This document shows, piece by piece, positions 37,333-51,950 of a DNA stretch of 64,000 bases. The DNA lies in assembly GCF_006345805.1 (NCBI RefSeq), contig NC_043010.1:12276001-12340000 (forward strand), in the 5' to 3' direction. The notes beneath the pieces were generated by a model, which saw nothing but the letters and a program-made list of their open reading frames with translations, was not told the origin of the DNA and made no database searches. Numbering within the stretch: the stretch's first letter is position 1; each line of letters opens with the position of its first letter. A program made the translations under genes and the position numbers. The DNA comes from Octopus sinensis. Taxonomy: Eukaryota.

Positions 37333-39049
37333 CTGAAATATCTTTGATTATTTATGTTTGAATACAGGTAACCTGGAGCTAAGCAATAATAACTTGTAAG
37401 CTTATGAGGAAGTCTTTCTTAGGTTGTTTAACCTGTGTGTATCATTTAGCCAGAAGGCAAAATAATGCCTAAAGACCCTTGACAAAGCCTCTGAAACAGA
37501 TCAGAGATAGGGAAGAAGCTATCTTCAAACTGGGAACCTGGCATGAATGCATGCAACAGGATGGACTCAAATAAAGGCACCCAAGAATTAATCGAGAATA
37601 TTAAACCAAGAAGCAGAGGAAGTCTACCACCAAAATACGCCTTGGTGGGATTCGAATTCAGAATTTAAAGAACCCGAACAAATACCACAAGGTAACTTGT
37701 CCATTGCACTCACAACTCTACCAGTTCACGACCCCCGGAAGGATAAGAGGCAAAGTTGACCTCTGCAGGATTTGAACTTGGAATGCAAGGAGTATGAATA
37801 AAAACCATAAGGCATTTTTTTTCAATGCTCTAATGACTTTGCCAATTCTCCATCAGCTCAGAATAGCAGTCAAATTACACTCAAATCACACACTACCACT
37901 TAAAAAAAAAATAGAAGGACACATTGGATTATGTAGTTTTGGATACCTTGTTTAAAAAATAAGATGGGATGGCCATAGCTGGAATATTTTGATCCTGGAG
38001 CCAAATCAACAACAACGATGACATTATTAACAACAACATAGATAGAGTTAGGGGAAAATATGCTGACTGTGGTTAAAAAGCTCACTTTGCAACCATGTAG
38101 ACTCAGGTTCCATCCTACTACATAGCATCTGGGCAAGAGTCTTCTACTTCAGTTCCAGGCCAACCAATGCTTTATGAATGATTTTGATAGATGGAAACTG
38201 TGAGGAAAACCATCATATATATAGGGAGAATTTACGAAAAAAACAAAAGATGAAGACAGGTGGTGCAAAAAACAAACAGATGTATTAGTATACCGCTCAG
38301 GAATAGTAAAAGTCTTTTACGTTTTGAGCCTATGCTCTTGTACAATCCTAAATTTGATGTTGAATTTAGGATCCGCTTAAAACATCATATATACATGATT
38401 GTGTGTGTGTGTGCAATATGTATGTGATGTGTATTTGTATGTGTCTTTCTATCTGTATTTGTCCGCACATTGCTTCACAACTGGTGTTGGTTTGTTGATG
38501 GCCCTGTACCATAGCAGTTCGGTGTAAAAGAGACCAATAAAAATAAGTACCAGACTTAAAAATAAGTACCGGGGTGGGGTGGGGGGATGATTTGATTGGC
38601 TAAAAACTCTTCATGACCACAGTCCAGCGACTGGACTGAATCGAGTAAAGGATAGAAGATTGTTGCTGTAGCAATTTTTTGGGAGGAATGAAATCTCATA
38701 AAGCCATTATTGTTCCCAACATTAGGCGAAAATTTCTGCAAAAATACACGGCAATGGTGATACGACGAAATTGGTTTTGGCCGCACGAAAACAAACAAAT
38801 AAAATATAAAGCAAAAACAAAAAAAAAATTATAATAAATGAATAAATAAATCAAAGTCCTCTTGCTTGACTAAGCTGTAACCCTAAATTTGATGTTGAAT
38901 TTAGGATCCGCTTAAAACATTTTCCTTACGTGTTTCTCATTATTTTCGTTTAAGACAACTTGCTTTTCCCACAGGTAAAATATATTGGACAAAATAGCAA
39001 AAAAAGGAAAAATAAAAGAAAAGATATGGAAACTTGTATAAAATAAATA

Positions 39050-39726
39050 GATTTTCTTCTTGCTATTGTTGTTGTTGTTGTTGTTGCTGCTGGTGCTAGT
39101 GGTGGCGGTAGTGGTGTTCTTATTGCGGTTTATTTTGTTGTTGTTGTACTGTGAATTTTCTTCTTTCTCTTCCTCCTTTCGTCCATTTAGGTCATGTCGA
39201 AGAAGCAGAGTTTCAGCCACGGAGCTTATCCAATTGAACCAATTGAATACCACAGCAAAACGTATCATTATGGTTTTTTTTTTTTTTTGTTTTTTTTTTT
39301 ATATATCTGTCACATTAGTGAGGTTCCAATCTATAATGAAACAGGAGAATAAGGCTGGAGACTTGTGTACAGTGGGTGACCAGTTGGAATCTGGTTACTT
39401 GCTTTTAGTTGCGGTGGTGGAAGTAGTAGTGGTAATAGTGGTGGTTGGTGGTGGTAGTGGTAGTAGTGGTGATGGGTGGGGGTGGGGTTGTTGCTGCTGG
39501 TGGTAGTGCTGAGGGTGGTTGTAGTGGTGGTGGTTGGTGGTAGTAGTGGTTGTTAGTTGTGGTGGTGGAGATAGCAGTAAAGAATTCATAGCAATGGTGA
39601 AGATAATGTAATATTAGTGATGGTGGTGGTGGTGATGGTAGTAGTAGTAGTAGTAGTAGCAGCAGCAGCAGCAGTAGTAGTGGTATTAGTAGTAGTAGTA
39701 GTATTAGCAGTAGTAGTAGTAATAGC

Positions 39727-39773
<47 letters not shown>

Positions 39774-39810
39774 CAGTAGCAGCAGCAGCAGCAACAGTAG
39801 TAGTAGTAGT

Positions 39811-39851
<41 letters not shown>

Positions 39852-39930
39852 TAGTAGTATAGTAGTAGTAGTAGTAGTAGTAGTAGCAGCAGCAGCAGCA
39901 GCAGCTCTGCTATTGCTGCCACTGTTACTT
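39050..39930. repeat. Compound trinucleotide repeat region (GTT/GTG/GTA/GCA)n
   Basis: Direct inspection. It produces the spurious poly-L/poly-V/poly-Y ORFs in the track. Confidence 0.92.
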
Positions 39931-40917
39931 AGCCTCAAGTTGTCTAATTAAGCAGAACCTATAATCACAGGCATGTGAAGGCATGCAGCTCAGTGGTTAG
40001 GCTATTTTGCTCACAGGTGTAAGGTCATGAGTTCAATTCCTGACAGCATGTTATGTCCTTGAGCAAGACACTTTATTTCACATTGCTCCAGTCCACTCAG
40101 CTAGTAAAAATGAGATTAGTACCTGTAATTCAAGAGGGCCAGCCTTGTCACATTCTGTAATCACACCTGAATCACCTTGGAAACTAATTTAAGAGTACGC
40201 TTTTCTGTGGAGTACTCAGCCACTTGCGTGTTAATGTCACGAGCAGGCTGTTCCATTGATCAGATCAACTGGAACCCTCATTGTCATAACTAACAGACTG
40301 GTATGATCTCAACCATTCCATCCATGTCAGTCCTGTTGATTTTATTTTTCTTGGCTACACAATCTAACATGTTCATGTTCCTCCATTTTTTTTTTAAAGA
40401 AGGTAGGGAGTGAGGGAAATTTGGCTGCTTTTTCTCTTGGGTTGAGAAGCTACTTAGAGGTTCTCTCATTGGTTTTCTCTTGTATCTTTTACGGGTTTCA
40501 GTCACGGGACTGCGGCCCTGCTGGAGCATTGCTTTGTAGTGTTTAGTCAAACAAATCAACTCCAGCACTTATTCTTTTAGGTGTGATACTTATTTTGTCA
40601 GTCTCTGTTGCACAACTGCTAAGTTATGGAGGATGTAAATAAACAGGCACTGGTTGCCAAGTGGTGTTGAGGGGACAAATATAGACACAAAAGACACACA
40701 CAAACATACACGCACACACATACACACACAAACATACACGCACACACATACACACACAAACATACACGCACACACATACACACACAAACATACACGCACA
40801 CACATATTTCTTCCTCACAATTTTAGGCCTTGTGCTTATAGTAGAAAATATTATCTCAGAGAGCCCCCCCCCTTTTTTTTTTTTAAGCACATCATTTTCT
40901 TACATTGGCCGTCATCA

Positions 40918-40952
<35 letters not shown>

Positions 40953-41749
40953 TCAGCGTCCACTTTCCATGCTAGCATGGGTTGGACGGTTCAACTGGGG
41001 TCTGGGAAGCCAGAAGGCTGCACCAGGTTCCAGTCTGATCTGGCAATGTTTCTACGGCTGGATGCTCTTCCTAATGCCAACCACTCCGTGAGTGTAGTGG
41101 GTGCTTTTAAAGTGCCACCGGCACAGGTGCCAGACGGGGCATAATGTAAATTTTGTCAAGGCAGCAAGCTAGCTGAGTCCTTAAAATACTGGGCAAAAAT
41201 GCTTAGCAGCATTTCTTCCAGCTTAAGTTCTGAGTTCAAATAACACGTAGGTCAATTTTCCCTTTCATATATTCTGGGTCGGGTACAATAAGTAACAGCC
41301 AAGCACAGGGATTGACATAATCAACTATCTCTCTTCCCACAAAATTCCAGGTCTTGTGCCAAAAGTAGAAAGAACTATGTAACCTTTGTTATGTTCAGCC
41401 ATACTTACTTCATTTTGAGCCGTTTAGGCAAATGTTTAAAATAAATGTTTCAGAATAACGGACAAAACCACTGATCTAGGGTCAAAGGTTATATTATAGT
41501 TGTTGATTTAGTCAGGCAAATCTGAATTAAGCAGAATAGTTGTAAATCAAAGGTATCCTCGTCATAGCCATCTTGTCTAAGTCTGTTCAGACACTGTGTA
41601 TCATGAGCTGCATTATCAAGTGGAGGCGCAATGGCCCAATGGTTAGGGCAGCGGACTCGCGGTCGGAGGATCACGGTTTCGATTCCCAGACCAGGCACTG
41701 TGTGTGTTTATTGAACGAAAACACCTAAAGCTCCATGAGGCTATAGTTG

Positions 41750-42563
41750 GGATTTTTTCGGTTTGAACGGCAGTTTTTTCTAGAGGTGTCATATGAAATT
41801 GTCACCCATAATTATGACCCTAGTATCGATCTATTGCATTTCAATCTATTTTATGGTTAGGGTTAGTTAGGGTTAGGGTTAAGGGTGGGGGGAAGGGTAT
41901 CTTTTTTCTTCAGAAATGTAAATAAACCCAATCTGTTTCTTAAACAAGGGACATATTCATACGGCACAGAATGTTTTTTTACCTCAATGGACCTCAGAGA
42001 TTGGTTGAAATTGCAGAAATTGAAGAAAAAAAACAACAAATATCTTACAAACTATAGAATTTTCTCAATAAAGCCAAGAGAAAAAGATGTTTTATAAACA
42101 CATTCTACCAGGAGTGGCTGTGTGGTAAGTAGCTTGCTAACCAACCACATGGTTCCGGGTTCAGTACAACTGCATGGCATCTTGGGCAAGTGTCTTCTGC
42201 TATAGCCCCGGGCCGACCAATGCCTTGTGAGTGGATTTGGTAGACGGAAACTGAAAGAAGACTGTCGTATATATGTATATATATATATGTATGTGTGTGT
42301 GTGTTTGTGTGTCTGTGTTTGTCCCCCTAGCATTGCTTGACAACCGATGCTGTTGTGTTTACATCCCCGTTACTTAGCAGTTCGGCAAAAGAGACCGATA
42401 GAATAAGTCCCGGGGTCGATTTGCTCGACTAAAGGTGGTGCTCCGGCATGGCCGCAGTCGAATGACTGAAACAAGTAAAAGAGTAAAGAGAGTATAGGAA
42501 GTTTAAAATTTTTTAGTTATCTAGAAATTATGTTAAAAACTGCCGTTCAAACCGAAAAGATCC
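41750..42563. mobile_element. Same MITE family, copy 2, interrupted by a SINE at ~42111-42492
   Basis: Same TIRs and internal sequence as copy 1. The TSD is TATAGTTG (41742-41749) / TTTAGTTG (42564-42571). Confidence 0.85.
42111..42492 (+). mobile_element. SINE family A inserted in MITE copy 2
   Basis: It interrupts CATTCTACCAG|TATA, which is contiguous in MITE copy 1. Confidence 0.9.
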
Positions 42564-45500
42564 TTTAGTTGTAATACGGATAAAAAGATTGTTGGGGAAG
42601 TGGTGAGATATCAGTCACAAATGTAAGATAAAAAAAAAATTGAAGTCATATTCATTACTTTTTCTTTAGCTTGCAAGGTTGAGCTCAAACCTTTCCTGTG
42701 AGCCTGGTCATAGGCAATCAAAAGCCATTTTAATACATACTACTCATCCCCATTATTCACTGCATGAATGGCAAGACTTCTATGATGCTCTAATGATGTA
42801 ATACATTAGAGGGGATTACTTCTCTTTTTATGGAACTGTGTAGCTACGAAATGTGAGCAGTAAAACAGCAAATGTTGAAGAAGCCAAATAGAGCAGATAC
42901 AATATTGAAAATCTACAACTGATATTTTAGAAAACCATTGATTTCAGGTGAGCTGGAAAGTGAGTATACATACGCCCCCAGCACACAAACACACACACAT
43001 ACACACACTCGCATGCACACATACACGCACACACACATACACACACTCGCATGTACACACACTCGCATGCACACATACACACACACACACACACACACCA
43101 CACACACATGCACACACTCACATGCACACATACACACACACACAGATACACACACTTGCATGCACACATACACACACACACATACACACACTCGCATGCA
43201 CACACACACACACATACACACACACACACACACACTCGCATGCACACACGTATATATCTGTTAGTTACCAAATCAGGAAAGAATCCGTTGCTAGAGACAT
43301 GTGATATGAATGGGTTATAACCTGTATTTGCTATACGGCCATATTATTACCATTGGTTTTCATTGTCGATATCGCTCAGAAGAGAAAGAAGGAAATTTCT
43401 TGGAATGAGATTGTTTAGCAGGTTTCAGAAAGAAATGACAAAAGCAATAATGATCTAGAAAAGGGGGTAATTTAGTAGTAGATCAATTGAAACCAACCAG
43501 CATGGGCAAAAAAAAAAAAAAAAAATCAGTAAGAACAACAACAACAACTACAGCAACAACAGAAACTGATCTAAAAAAAAAAAACGCAAATGATAAATAG
43601 AGTTTGTGTTGTAAGATTATTTTAAAGTTTTAAAACGATTCGATAATACTGAATATGGTAGCCACTAAGAAGTAAATAAATAACTCTGGTGTCAAAACAG
43701 ACATTTAACCTCGAATATATATAAGACTGAAAAACCAAAAAACAAAAACAAAAAAAAAAATAACAATAACCCAAAAAACAAAGACATTTACTTTCCAAGC
43801 ATACTTTAAAAGTCTTATCTGAAGAATTTTTAATTTTTTTTTCCTTTTCTTTTTCTTTTTTTTTTTTCTCTTTTTAGCTGCTACTAATCTTTTCAATATG
43901 CTATCAAGCTGCTACCGTTTTTCCCCCCCCCCCCCCGACATTCATCTCTCCACTAGCTTTCTCACTGAATTAGTAATAATTTACTACAGCGATTCAGTAC
44001 GATCTGCCTATGCAGTATATCAGAGATGACCAATAAATTTAACAGCAGATGGGGGTTTGAAGCTATTTCCTACTTTCTCCGTTTTTACCTTAAGGTTATG
44101 GAGTTAGCAGTAAATTATACATATATATTTTTTTTTCTCTCTTTTTATGACATAGGAAGAAGTACTTGTACATGAAGATTTTAAAGAAGCAGAAAGGAAG
44201 GAAGATAAGAAAGGTGTGAGATATTTAAAGAAATCAGAAAGAAATTTTTTTAAAGAAATTGGTAAGAAGTGAGAAATGAGTATTTGATTGAAAATGAAGA
44301 CAATTTAGTGAAATAAATTAAGATTACATGGATATGGAATGAATAAAGTGATAGAATTTGACTTTAGCTATGCATGATATAGTCACAATCCCTTTAAAAT
44401 ACAACAACAGCTAAGTTTAAAAACCATTATTATTTTCTATTACTTTGATAAAATATCACCATGATTCTGTAGAAACAGTATTCCGAAAAGAAATGTGACC
44501 TTGAATAAGGGAGAAAAAAAATGTGTCTGTTTTTGATCAATCACTTTCAAACACTTTAGATAGATTTTTCTTTCAGAAGTGTAAGCCAGATAAAGTATCT
44601 ATTTATGTTTTGAAAGACAGATCTCTATGCATTATTCATAAGTTTTCTTTCTTTTGAAGAGATAAACTAAAAACATGTGAAAGAGCAGAAGACAGAATGT
44701 TTGAAATAAAGAGGGAGAGAGAGAGAGGATGACGAGAGAGGATGGAAATGGGTAAAAGATGAGAGATAAATGAGATGGAGAATGAGAGCAGATGGGGAAA
44801 AGAGTAAGAGGAAAAGATTGAAAGATAAAGTATATGCGAAAAAGAAAGTGGAAAGGTTGAGAGAGAGATTGAATGTGAAAAAGAGACAGAAATTAGTTAA
44901 AAGTGACAAAAGAGGAGATGCAAAGCATTGAGTCATGGCTTATATTTAAAGTCTACACCAATATAATCAAATATCTAGCAGAGATAGTTTATTGATAAAA
45001 TTGCATCAATACCATCAATAGATGTTTGCCATTGTTAATAATGTGTAATTAACACACATTATACTACTTTTCATCCAGTTATTGTCTTCACACATTACAT
45101 TTTTTTCCCTCGGTTGCTCACCAACTAACTGTTTATTAGATTTACATATGACAGAAGAGAAACTCACCAGAGATATTAAACACCATTTATACAGACACAC
45201 CTAATTACATGTGCCAACTCAATTAGCCACAGAATGGCTTAGATTAATAGAGTAACTTCCCCTAGAATCATGAAACCATAATTTTTCAGTAATTGTTTGC
45301 TTATCTCTCATATTGAAAACTCAACTTTTACATTTTGTAAATTGTTTATTCCTGGCTTTCAGAAATACTCTATTTGACGTACTCTCATGGGAAATGAACC
45401 AGCTATCACTGATTTATAAAACTATAGCCATTATGCTGTAAATTTGCATTGCAAAATTGGAACTGTGCAACACACCAAGCCAACTTTGTTTGGAAAAATT

Positions 45501-46406
45501 CTTGGAAAAATAAAGAGAAAATTGGCTAATTTTTTGGATAGACTAATGGCTATGATATTTCAGTGCAATTTTCACATATTTGAAAAACATAACAACATCA
45601 GCAATAAAATAATCAATAACCAAGCTAAAACAAATTTATTGCTTTTTCCTTTTTTTTTGTTTCATCATTTCCCACCAAATCTATCATATTTATCTTCATA
45701 TATATATAATCTCTCTCTCTCTCTCTCTCTTTCTTCCTTCCTTCACCCTCCACATCATTCCTGTTTTACTCTTTTTAGCTCTTTCCCTCTTTAGTGCTTC
45801 CTCTCTTTATCAATGTTCATACTCAAACACTTGCTCTTCTTTTCTACTCTCCTTTCTCTCTCACTTTCTCACCTCCATTCACGCACACAAAAACAGACAC
45901 ACACACACACACACACACATACATCTACACATCCACATGCTCCCGTACTCCTTTCCTTCCTCTTTCCCCATCCTTTCGTTTTGAATATCTTCTCACTAAT
46001 TTTAAGTATTATCAGGTGATTTACAACTTGCAAAACATTTCACTGGGTTTCAACATACAAGACTTTTTGAAGACTTAACAACTACAGAAGTGAATGAAGG
46101 AAGTAGGAACCATAACAGAGAGCCTAGTTTGCTCACATCTATCAATATCTATTTTGTCATCTATGTCTATATAGATATCCTTATAACACAATTTATTTAC
46201 TTATAACACCCCAACTATGATACATACATTCTTATACATTCTTATACATTCAAACATATATACATACATACACACACACATATATATATGTATATATATA
46301 TATATATATATTATGTATATACATAAATGCATATATATATATATATATATACACATATATATACATACACACATATATATATATACACATATATATATAC
46401 ACACAC

Positions 46407-46461
<55 letters not shown>

Positions 46462-47360
46462 CACAAGCACTCATACACACACATTTAAATGTATGTATAT
46501 GTGTGGATATATAACCATGAATACACATTTTGTATATATGCATGTGTGTGTGTATGTATGTATGTATGTATCTATCTATCTATCTATCTATGTATCTATG
46601 TATGTATGTATGTATGTGTGTGTGTGTATGTATGTATGTATATGTATATGCATATATACAAAAACAACAAGAGCAACATACATGGACAAATATTATATAT
46701 GTATACTTACATCTAAAAGTATATACATATATTTTATTGTGTGTGTTTGTGTGTGTGCATGTGTGTATGTGTGTATGTATATATTAATGAAATTTTTATT
46801 AATAAAATTTATAGTGTGCTCTAATGAAATTTATATATATATACATATATAAAAAAAAACCATATCAGTATTTCTGCTTTATCTCTTCTTTTCTTTTTTT
46901 GTCTTCCTCTTCTTGTCTGTCTTCACTTATAAAGGTAAATACCAGAACAGTACACACACACACACACACACACAACACAGATAACTTGTATATAATGAAA
47001 ACTACATATATATATATATATATATACTGGAACAGAAAGAGAGAGAGAGAGCAATAAGATCAGTGTTGAAGCCATGGAAATAAAATTTTCATTGCAAAAG
47101 TCAATTAGCTTACTAAGTGGAATTTTAGCTTGCCAGAATTTTCTTCAGCTAGCTTTGAAAAGAAAGTTTTTATGGCATAGCATCAGACAAACTGAATGTG
47201 TGAATAAATTTTGATTGAAATGTACTGCCATTGACAAGAATTTAAGAAACACCTATATGTACACACACACACACCACACACACACACACACACACATACA
47301 CACACACAAACATATATTTATGGATGTATGTGTGGTGTATGTGTGTATGTGTATACATGC

Positions 47361-47393
<33 letters not shown>

Positions 47394-47611
47394 TGTATGT
47401 ATGTATGTATGTATGTATGTATATGTATGTATGTATGTATGTATATATATGTATGTATGTATGCATGTATATATGTATGTATGTATGTATGTATGCATGT
47501 ATGTATGTATATATGCATGCATGTATATATATAAACATATGTATAATACATATATATATATAATATCATATATAAATGTACATATGTACATATATACATA
47601 TATAAATGTAC

Positions 47612-47642
<31 letters not shown>

Positions 47643-47655
47643 CATGTACACACAC

Positions 47656-47686
<31 letters not shown>

Positions 47687-47963
47687 CATATATACATATA
47701 TAAATGTACATATGTACATATATATATATATATATATACATGTACACACACACACACAACATATATATATATATACCTTTGAGAAAATGCAATAGCAATG
47801 AAACATTTGTACAATTGTCAGGTAGTCATATACATACACACACACACACACACAGTATACACATACACACCCACAAACATAAATGCACACATGTGTGTGT
47901 GTTTTTGCATGTATGTGTGTGTGTGTGTGTGTGTGTTTGTATGTGTGAGTGTGTCTGTGTGTA

Positions 47964-47996
<33 letters not shown>

Positions 47997-48770
47997 CTAT
48001 AACTGTTGGCTTGTCTTTCTATTGCTCATAGTACATAGTTTGTCCCGAATCCTCACATACAAGTATATGTATGAATATAAGTCTGGGAAGTGAGTATGTA
48101 CAAGTGTTTTCCTGTGTCTGTACAATTGTTTCTGTATGATATGTGTATTGTATGTATCCACTATCCCTCCGCCCTCCCCCACACACACGCACATACACAT
48201 TCAGGGAGTGAAATAAACTAAATTAGACTTATTGGTCAATGAGTCATGCATTCAAATCTACAAGTGTTTCTAGACATGACATTTAATTCTACATTGTTTT
48301 AGTTCACGTAGCTGTTGAGAATAAATATATTAAGCTTATGTGTTAGTAAAGTTACCTTTGAGAGACTAGCATTCTGCCCAGAGAGAGAAGGAGGAAGGGA
48401 GAGAGGGAGGAGAGAGAAAGAGAAAGTGAGATAAAGAGTGAGGGTAATAGAAAGCAACAGAGGCAAAGAATCAGATGTTTATTTAGACTATGGGGAGCTT
48501 CTAAGAAGAACTTTATCAACAAATACGAAATTTCTTTTGGGACTCCCTTCTTTAAATGCTAGTTTTCAACATACACAAACATTTTCTGAGACTATAGGAA
48601 ATTCCCTTGTCTGGATATGATGTACCACCAGCAGCTTCCTCTCCCTCCTCTCATAGGATTAGAAACAATGGCATATGGCTGTTTATGGCATCCTTAGGAA
48701 GGTTTGCTTCTGTTTATATAGATTCCAAATTGGTCTAATTTCCAACTCAAAGTTGCAAGTTTCAAAACGG

Positions 48771-48816
<46 letters not shown>

Positions 48817-50377
48817 ACGCGTGTGTATGTGTGTGTGTGTGCGTGTGTGTGTGTGTGTGTGTGCACGCGTGTGTATGTGTGTGTGTGTGTGTGTGCAGGT
48901 GTGTGTAGGGTGGAAAGGGTTGCGCAGAAGCTTTCAGGGTCTCTGTACATTTGGCAATTTTATTGATGAGGGTATCTCCATAACAATATGAGCATAGATG
49001 GGTTTTCAATTTTACCACGCAATGTCTTGGACAAATGTTATCTGTTATAAGCTCAGTTTGCCAGCCACCTTGTGAGTGGAATATGGTAAAGAGAAACAGT
49101 GTGGAAGATTGTTGAAGGGTAGAGTAGAATTAAGACCCACCCCACTTTCTTTTAATTTTTGGTTTAAGACCACCAACTGACTTATAGATGAATTTATCAC
49201 AGATCAATCTGAAAATAACCTTCCTTTTCAAGAGTATCAGATCCCCAGGAAAGAGTAATGGTATAAAGAGTATAAAGCTATAAAATAAAAAGAAAAGCTA
49301 AAGAGTAAGTCTGGTATATTCATTTGAGGCAGTATCCAAATTAATATTGCCATATTGTTGTCAGGCCAGTTTTATCTATCATATTGTTTGAGAGGTATTT
49401 ATCTTGAGATAACCTCTCTCACAGATGTGTTGTGTTAAAAAACATAATGAATAGCAGAGGGAGACCAAAAGTTCATCTCTATAGTGGCCTGTAGGAATAA
49501 ATTAATTTTCATCCCCTTCCAGTATTTATTGTGTTTTTAACACAATAAATATTTACATAAGAAATGTTATCTCGGACAAAAACAATAGATCTGGTTTAGC
49601 AATTGTATTTATACTTTGAGTATGATACATAGATGGATATTGTAAAGGGTAAGTATCTTCACCTGGCACTCTGTCAATAATGATGACAAGTATTCCGATC
49701 AAAAAAATGGCCTGCTTGTGAAATTCACATGCAAGTGGTTGAGTACCCCACAGACAGACATACCCTTAACAGTTCACAGGGAGATTCAACTTGACATAGG
49801 ATGTTTCAAAGCTGGCCCTTTGAAGTACAGGTACTATTTATTTTTGCCATTTTAATGGACTGGAGCAATGGGAAATAAAGTGTCTTGCTTAAGGACACAA
49901 TGTGCCACCAGGAATTGAACTCACAACCTTACGATCATGAGCCAAATGCCCCTAACCACTAAGCCATGCACTTCCACTGAAAGTATTTTAGTCAGAAATA
50001 TGTTATACCTCATTACAAATTGAAAGAGATACAGAGAAGTGAGTATAAGGGAAAATTACATGAAATGCAGCACAAAGAAAATTTTGGAAATGATAAATGG
50101 AAAAGGATAGCATTAAAAAAGAAGAAAAACAGCTTAATCTGACTTTGTATAAATTATTCATTGGTGGCTTAGCTGTTTGTTAGGGAAAGGCATAGCTGTG
50201 TGGTTAAGAAGTTTGATTTGCTGCTATGTGGTTCCAGAATCTATTCCACGGCTTAGCATCTTGAAAAGATGTTTGACCAAAGTTTTATGAGTGGAATTTG
50301 GTCAGCAAAAATAATGTAGAAGCTTGTTGTGTATGCGTGTGTGTGTGTATGTATGTGTGTGTGTTTGTATATGTAAA

Positions 50378-50602
50378 GGCGACGAGCTGGCAGAAACGTT
50401 AGCATGCCGGGCAAAATGCGTAGCCGTATTTCGTCTGCCGCTACGTTCTGAGTTCAAATTCCGCCGAGGTCGACTTTGCCTTTCATCCTTTCAGCGTCGA
50501 TAAATTAAGTACCAGTTACGCTCTGGGGTCGATGTAATCGACTTCATCCATTTGTTCTTGTTTGTCCCCTCTATGTTTAGCCCCTTGTGGGTAATAAAGA
50601 AA
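50378..50602 (+). mobile_element. SINE family B
   Basis: Homology to family B. A TGTTTGTATATG-like duplication flanks it. Confidence 0.88.
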
Positions 50603-50649
50603 CTGTTTGTATATGCATCTAGGTTTGTACCATCTGGGGTAGAAAACTA

Positions 50650-50983
50650 TGTTGAGTTACAGTTCTTTAAATTAAAACAGCTTAAAAATAGCTGGGCCAT
50701 TTGAGGAACAGATATTGGTAAATTAAATGAAAGGTAGGAGAGTCCAGTTTGCTGGACATTGTTGTAGAGCTGAAAACGAGGCAATGAGGTAATTTCTACT
50801 CTTCTCCTCTGGAAGCCATCTACTCGCAATAGCAGAGGGCGCGCACTCTCCTACCCTGATGTAATCTCCAGGGATACAGGCATCCAGCAACAGGACCTCC
50901 GTAATGCCATGATGGACCGTGAAGTCTGGCGTAGCATGGTAAATTCCATTGTCTCGACCACGGTCGAACAATGATGATGATGA
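50650..50983 (+). mobile_element. RTE-clade LINE 3' end
   Basis: Translates with a small indel to VQFAGHCCRAENE..LLLWKPSTRNSRGRALSYPDVISRDTG..DLRNAMMDREVWR, followed by a (TGA)n tail. Confidence 0.8.
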
Positions 50984-51582
50984 CAAGGCTAAATTAATCA
51001 TTGGAGGTACTTCAGCTATGACAACACCTAAAATTTACCTGGTAAAGTAGAACATACCTTTGTCATTCATATAGTCAATAATTTTATACAAAGAAGTGTC
51101 GTACCCAATTACTGGTATAACAGTATGATCATTAGCTATTAGAGCAAAGAAGAAACTCTAGAACTGGCAGCTACTGCAACATCAAACTGATGGCTGAGAT
51201 TATGAAATTTTGGGGTATCTAGGAATACATTATCTAATGTGACCTTTCTTACTTTCTAAGATGGTAGTTTGTGTAACCTGGTGTGTCAAGGTATGTCTTT
51301 TTACATCAAAAGGTAATTCATTTTAACCATTCAATAAATAGAGATCAATATGATGAACTAAATCACTTGAAATCAATGTCCTAGCACTGGCACAGTTCAA
51401 TGACTGAAACCATTAAAAATACTAAACCAAATCACTACATAGATAAAGATCAATATCTGGAGTTTCCTGATTTCAAATATTGTTGTATAATTTCTTCCTT
51501 AAATATGAAAATCTTATATGGAAAGTATATTGGGCACTTATCTGGAGTATATCTACTGTTAAGTTTTTGGGTAACTTTTATC

Positions 51583-51950
51583 ATCATCATCATCATCATT
51601 TAGCATCCGCTTTCCATGCTAGCATGGGTTGGACGGTTCAACTGGGTCTAGGAAGCCAGAAGGCTGCACCAGGCCCAGTCTGATCTGGCAATGTTTCTAC
51701 GGCTGGATGCCCTTCCTAATGCCAACCACTCCGTGAGTGTAGTGGGTGCGTTTTATGTGCCACCGGCACAGGTGCCAGACGGGGCTGGCAAACGGCCACA
51801 GTCGGATGGTGCTTTTTATGTGCCACCGGCATGGGGGCCAGGCGTTGCTGGCAAACAGCCACAGTCGGATGGTGCTTTTTACGTGCCACCGGCACAGGGG
51901 TCCAGGCGAGGCTGGCAACGGCCACGATCGGATGGTGCTTTTTACGTACC
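51583..51950 (-). mobile_element. Retroposon family E copy (four subrepeats)
   Basis: A (CAT)n tail on the + strand is followed by GGATGCCCTTCCTAATGCCAACC and repeated GGTGCTTTTTACGTGCCACCGGCAC. Confidence 0.82.

Noticed and set aside
39060-39938. Poly-L/poly-V/poly-Y ORFs up to 177 aa
   Set aside because: They come from trinucleotide simple repeats with an internal 1-nt slip, and have no splice or domain support.
44929-48247. AP-1 heptamers TGAGTCA at 44929 and 48240 (and a CRE-like TGACGTTA near 62126)
   Set aside because: Motifs this short are expected by chance in 64 kb and have no independent support.
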